This document shows positions 7,272 through 9,483 of a stretch of DNA of 9,483 nucleotides, piece after piece. The DNA is from a virus (Duplodnaviria; Heunggongvirae; Uroviricota; Caudoviricetes), in the IMG/VR virus record IMGVR_UViG_2778261058_000006, positions 1 to 9,483 of that record; one strand, 5' to 3'. Made by a program: the position numbers and the translations under genes. Position 1 is the first letter of the stretch. Every line of letters begins with the position of its first letter. The notes under the pieces are model-generated. The model made no database searches and was not told where the DNA came from. It saw only the letters and a program-made list of their open reading frames with translations.

Positions 7272-7679
7272 ATGAAAAACGAAACCTTCGGTGCTCGCCT
7301 CTTACATAGGCGTAAAAAATTAAAACTGTCTCAGGCCGCATTAGGTAAGCTGGTCAAAGTGGCTCACGTAACAATTTCTCAATGGGAAAGAGATGAAACA
7401 CAGCCGGCGGGGAAAAGATTATTCGCACTGAGCCAAGCGCTTCAGTGCTCACCGACTTGGCTTCTTTTTGGGGATGAAGATAAACAACCAGGCGAACCGA
7501 TCCCGGATAATCAGCCAGCCATTCTGACAGAAGATCAAAAAGAGTTACTTCAACTGTTCGACGCACTGCCTGAGTCAGAGCAAAAAGCCCTGTTGTCAGA
7601 GATGCGTGCTCGAGTTGAAAATTTCAACAAACTTTTTGAAGAACTACTCAAAGCTCGCAAAAGAAGCGCAAACAAATAA
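7272..7679 (+). CDS. dicA: DicA-like HTH (Xre/cI-type) prophage repressor, 135 aa
   Basis: N-terminal HTH (LSQAALGKLVKVAHVTISQWER) and a C-terminus resembling recalled DicA. Divergent from the Cro analogue. No SD upstream, so possibly a leaderless-type start. Confidence 0.85.
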   Translation: MKNETFGARLLHRRKKLKLSQAALGKLVKVAHVTISQWERDETQPAGKRLFALSQALQCSPTWLLFGDEDKQPGEPIPDNQPAILTEDQKELLQLFDALPESEQKALLSEMRARVENFNKLFEELLKARKRSANK

Positions 7680-7744
7680 TCCCCTTTTTTCTCCACACCC
7701 TGTAATAAAAAGCACAAACTTTCAAACACTTGTGTTTTTTACAT

Positions 7745-7810
7745 CAAAAAACTTAGGTTTTTCTACATAAAAACCTTGACCACCCACCTTAGGTTATTCT
7801 AAATTTCATT
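7745..7810 (+). promoter_or_regulatory. Putative DicA-controlled promoter/operator for the ydfA-B-C operon
   Basis: Direct repeats CTTAGGTTTTTCTACA (7752-7767) and CTTAGGTTATTCTAAA (7788-7803) flank a TTGACC -35-like hexamer (7776-7781). They share a CTTAGnTTnTTC core with the operator palindrome at 7203-7222. The -10 element is not cleanly identifiable. Confidence 0.4.
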
Positions 7811-7881
7811 CATCAAGACACCGCACGGTGTTCTCAGCAAACAGTTCCGCCACCCCGGCGTTAAGGGGAAATGAGGTCAAC

Positions 7882-8037
7882 ATGGATACTATCGATCTTG
7901 GCAACAACGAATCTCTGGTGTGCGGCGTGTTCCCCAACCAGGACGGTACGTTCACCGCGATGACATATACCAAAAGCAAAACGTTTAAAACCGAAAATGG
8001 TGCCCGTCGCTGGCTGGAAAGAAACTCAGGTGAGTGA
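7882..8037 (+). CDS. ydfA: YdfA-like small prophage protein (51 aa)
   Basis: ATG 7882; MDTIDLGNNESLV... matches recollection of Qin YdfA. Position and size fit the Qin gene order. Confidence 0.7.
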   Translation: MDTIDLGNNESLVCGVFPNQDGTFTAMTYTKSKTFKTENGARRWLERNSGE

Positions 8038-8038
8038 T

Positions 8039-8167
8039 ATGGATTTCGACGCAATCATGAAAAAGGCTTACGAAGAATACTTCGAAGGCCTTGCTGAAGG
8101 CGAAGAAGCTCTCAGCTTCAGTGAGTTTAAACAGACGCTTTCCAGTCCGGCAAAATCTAACGGCTGA
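8039..8167 (+). CDS. ydfB: YdfB-like small prophage protein (42 aa), absent from the ORF track
   Basis: ATG 8039, 1 nt after the ydfA-like stop. Hand translation MDFDAIMKKAYEEYFEGLAEGEEALSFSEFKQTLSSPAKSNG; stop TGA 8165-8167. Confidence 0.6.
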   Translation: MDFDAIMKKAYEEYFEGLAEGEEALSFSEFKQTLSSPAKSNG

Positions 8168-8196
8168 TAGGCGAAGCAGCACCGCGAGGAATCAGT

Positions 8197-8415
8197 ATGC
8201 AGAAACGAGAACCCGTCATCATCGCGCCAGACTATACCGATGATGAACTTTATGAGTGGATGCGCCAGAAAATTAATGCAGCGCAGGACCTGAAATGGGC
8301 CAATGAAGCCAGGGCTAAGCAGGCTGAAAATCTGTCCGCTCTGGAGCAGGATATCACCAGGCTGGAAAAAGCGGCGGCATTAAGCATTGCCAGAATGATT
8401 ACATACCCACGTTAA
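8197..8415 (+). CDS. ydfC: YdfC-like small prophage protein (72 aa)
   Basis: GAGGAA SD then ATG 8197. Size and position fit the Qin gene order. Confidence 0.7.
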   Translation: MQKREPVIIAPDYTDDELYEWMRQKINAAQDLKWANEARAKQAENLSALEQDITRLEKAAALSIARMITYPR

Positions 8416-8437
8416 TAGCTAACCAACGAGGCTAATA

Positions 8438-9043
8438 ATGGAATTTAAAGATTTACCAAAAGAAATCCAGACAATTGCTGCAACGACTCTCGGTGATAGC
8501 CTGGTGAAAATTGACCCCGCATGCACCAAAAAAGAAACCATCGATAATATGGTTCGTAATGTGCGCAATGCTTTTTCTGGGCTATATGGTTCTGATAATC
8601 AAAAGCAGGAAAGCGATGTTAATGAACGGGTAATTTCTGTTTGCCTGAATGGCCATGTTCTTTCATCAATCAAAACAGAAACAGCGACAGCCATCGATTA
8701 CCTTTGCATTGTACAGAGCCTTTTTGATGCCCTGTTTCGTTCAGTGAATTTAAAAAATGATGCAAATCTGCGAGGGCGCACAATAGCACATTCATATGCA
8801 CATACTTTAGGCTCTGTGGATGTTAAAAATAATACCCTGCAAGTTACTCTCGAACATTCACCGCAAGAGTTGAAAACGGAAAAATACGATGCAAATAAAA
8901 ATAATAACGATAAACCTGATTTGTTTATTATCAGCTCAAAGCTACTGGAAGTCATGAAGAGCGAGCTTGAGAAACACGACATCAAGCCCACTCCTGTATA
9001 TTTACGATGGATAATGAAGATTATTGATGCTTCTCTGCCATAA
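8438..9043 (+). CDS. Hypothetical protein (201 aa), AT-rich accessory gene of unknown function
   Basis: ACGAGG SD about 8 nt upstream of ATG 8438, 22 nt after the ydfC-like stop. Uninterrupted ORF to TAA 9041-9043. Codon usage is visibly AT-rich (many AAA/AAT/GAT), roughly 35-40% GC by eye. No match to anything I recognise. Confidence 0.6.
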   Translation: MEFKDLPKEIQTIAATTLGDSLVKIDPACTKKETIDNMVRNVRNAFSGLYGSDNQKQESDVNERVISVCLNGHVLSSIKTETATAIDYLCIVQSLFDALFRSVNLKNDANLRGRTIAHSYAHTLGSVDVKNNTLQVTLEHSPQELKTEKYDANKNNNDKPDLFIISSKLLEVMKSELEKHDIKPTPVYLRWIMKIIDASLP

Positions 9044-9212
9044 GCTTCTTATCCAGGAATGCTTCAAATTTATCGTAAATGACGTCAATCTCCCCCATTT
9101 GCTCGGTAGCAATAGAAATGGCGTGAGATGGTGAAATGGGCACCTGGCAATGGGCGTTAAAGGTTTCCACAGCCAGGCGCATAAGGAACATTACTTTTTC
9201 TTCTTGTGTCAT
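9021..9212 (-). CDS. Hypothetical small protein (63 aa), convergent with and overlapping the 201-aa gene
   Basis: ATG 9212..9210 with GGAGGG SD about 6 nt upstream (ORF-track start 9221 is a GTG inside the SD). Stop at 9023..9021, overlapping the 3' end of the 201-aa gene by 23 bp. Confidence 0.5.
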   Translation of the reverse strand: MTQEEKVMFLMRLAVETFNAHCQVPISPSHAISIATEQMGEIDVIYDKFEAFLDKKLMAEKHQ

Positions 9213-9348
9213 AAATTTCACCCTCCTGAGGGTTGGTAATTAAGGAGTTCTCCACGGGTCAGGTGGAGTGCGTGCGCCGGACACGGGTGAGCATCCGGCA
9301 CTGGCAGTTTACTGAAAGGATATATCCCTGAAAAGTCAGGGCATAACA

Positions 9349-9418
9349 CGGAAGCGCACAGCGAAGTCATTCCTCCCTTTGTTGTGTACCACTGACATCT
9401 TCGTCTGTGCGCTTCCGG
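9349..9418. repeat. Long imperfect inverted repeat (potential RNA hairpin) upstream of the 63-aa gene
   Basis: Left arm CGGAAGCGCACAGCGAAG (9349-9366) pairs with right arm CTTCGTCTGTGCGCTTCCGG (9399-9418), one bulge, about 32-nt loop. A second small hairpin CCCTGA-AAAG-TCAGGG lies at 9326-9341. Confidence 0.4.
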
Positions 9419-9483
9419 TTGTGGCACTCCGCGAAATGGCGCGGCGGTAAGTATGGCGAGGCTATCCTTTCCTCGAGATAACA

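Larger units (their letters stand above)
1..9483. mobile_element. Segment of a lambdoid (Qin/DicA-type) prophage: immunity region, replication module, nin-like region and accessory genes
   Basis: Gene order and content: divergent DicA-like and DicC-like repressors, O-like gene with iterons, lambda P-like gene, Ea22-like gene, hok toxin, ydfA/B/C-like genes. Prophage ends are not in the window. Confidence 0.8.

Noticed and set aside
6856-8182. ORFs 6856-7071 (+), 7354-7566 (-), 7806-8054 (-), 7985-8182 (-)
   Set aside because: They overlap the DicC-like, DicA-like and ydfA/ydfB-like genes on the opposite strand with no start signals.
8698-8991. Minus-strand 97-aa ORF inside the 201-aa gene
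   Set aside because: Antisense to a long AT-rich ORF with a good RBS; Ser/Phe-rich shadow translation.
9218-9427. 69-aa ORF upstream of the 63-aa gene
   Set aside because: Pro/His/Cys-rich low-complexity product. The GTG start has no clear SD and the internal ATG follows its SD by only 1-2 nt. Kept as part of the structured-leader finding, not called as a gene.
8416-9483. DicF sRNA or dicB downstream of the ydfC-like gene
   Set aside because: I looked for the recalled DicF core (TTTCTGGTGACGTTTGGCGG...) and a 62-aa DicB-like ORF and found neither. The slot holds the 201-aa gene instead.
9240-9483. tRNA gene or prophage attachment site at the right edge
   Set aside because: No T-loop-like GGTTCGAATCC motif or cloverleaf-compatible arrangement. 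The inverted repeats look like a regulatory hairpin rather than a tRNA.

Overview
The window reads as an apparently intact segment of a lambdoid prophage of the Qin/DicA-immunity type from an enterobacterium (E. coli-like). All calls rest on reading the sequence and the ORF track plus recalled family knowledge; no database search was run. A divergent immunity switch sits at 6967-7679: a DicA-like HTH repressor (+) and a DicC-like Cro analogue (-) flank a 76-bp intergenic region carrying palindromic operator-like motifs. Leftward on the minus strand runs a tightly packed, largely translationally coupled operon: cII-position gene, O-like replication initiator with internal iterons, lambda P-like helicase loader, a nin-like series of small genes, then a Hok/Gef-family type I toxin with its own terminator. 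Rightward on the plus strand are ydfA-, ydfB- and ydfC-like small genes. Directly after them, in the slot where K-12 Qin has dicF/dicB, is an AT-rich 201-aa gene of unknown function, convergently overlapped by a 63-aa gene with a structured upstream region. This pair is my best candidate for an undescribed accessory or defence module. Other notable points are an apparent frameshift at the 5' end of the DicC-like gene, a roughly 210-nt O/P out-of-frame overlap, and short coupled ORFs missing from the ORF track. No rRNA, tRNA or CRISPR array was seen.
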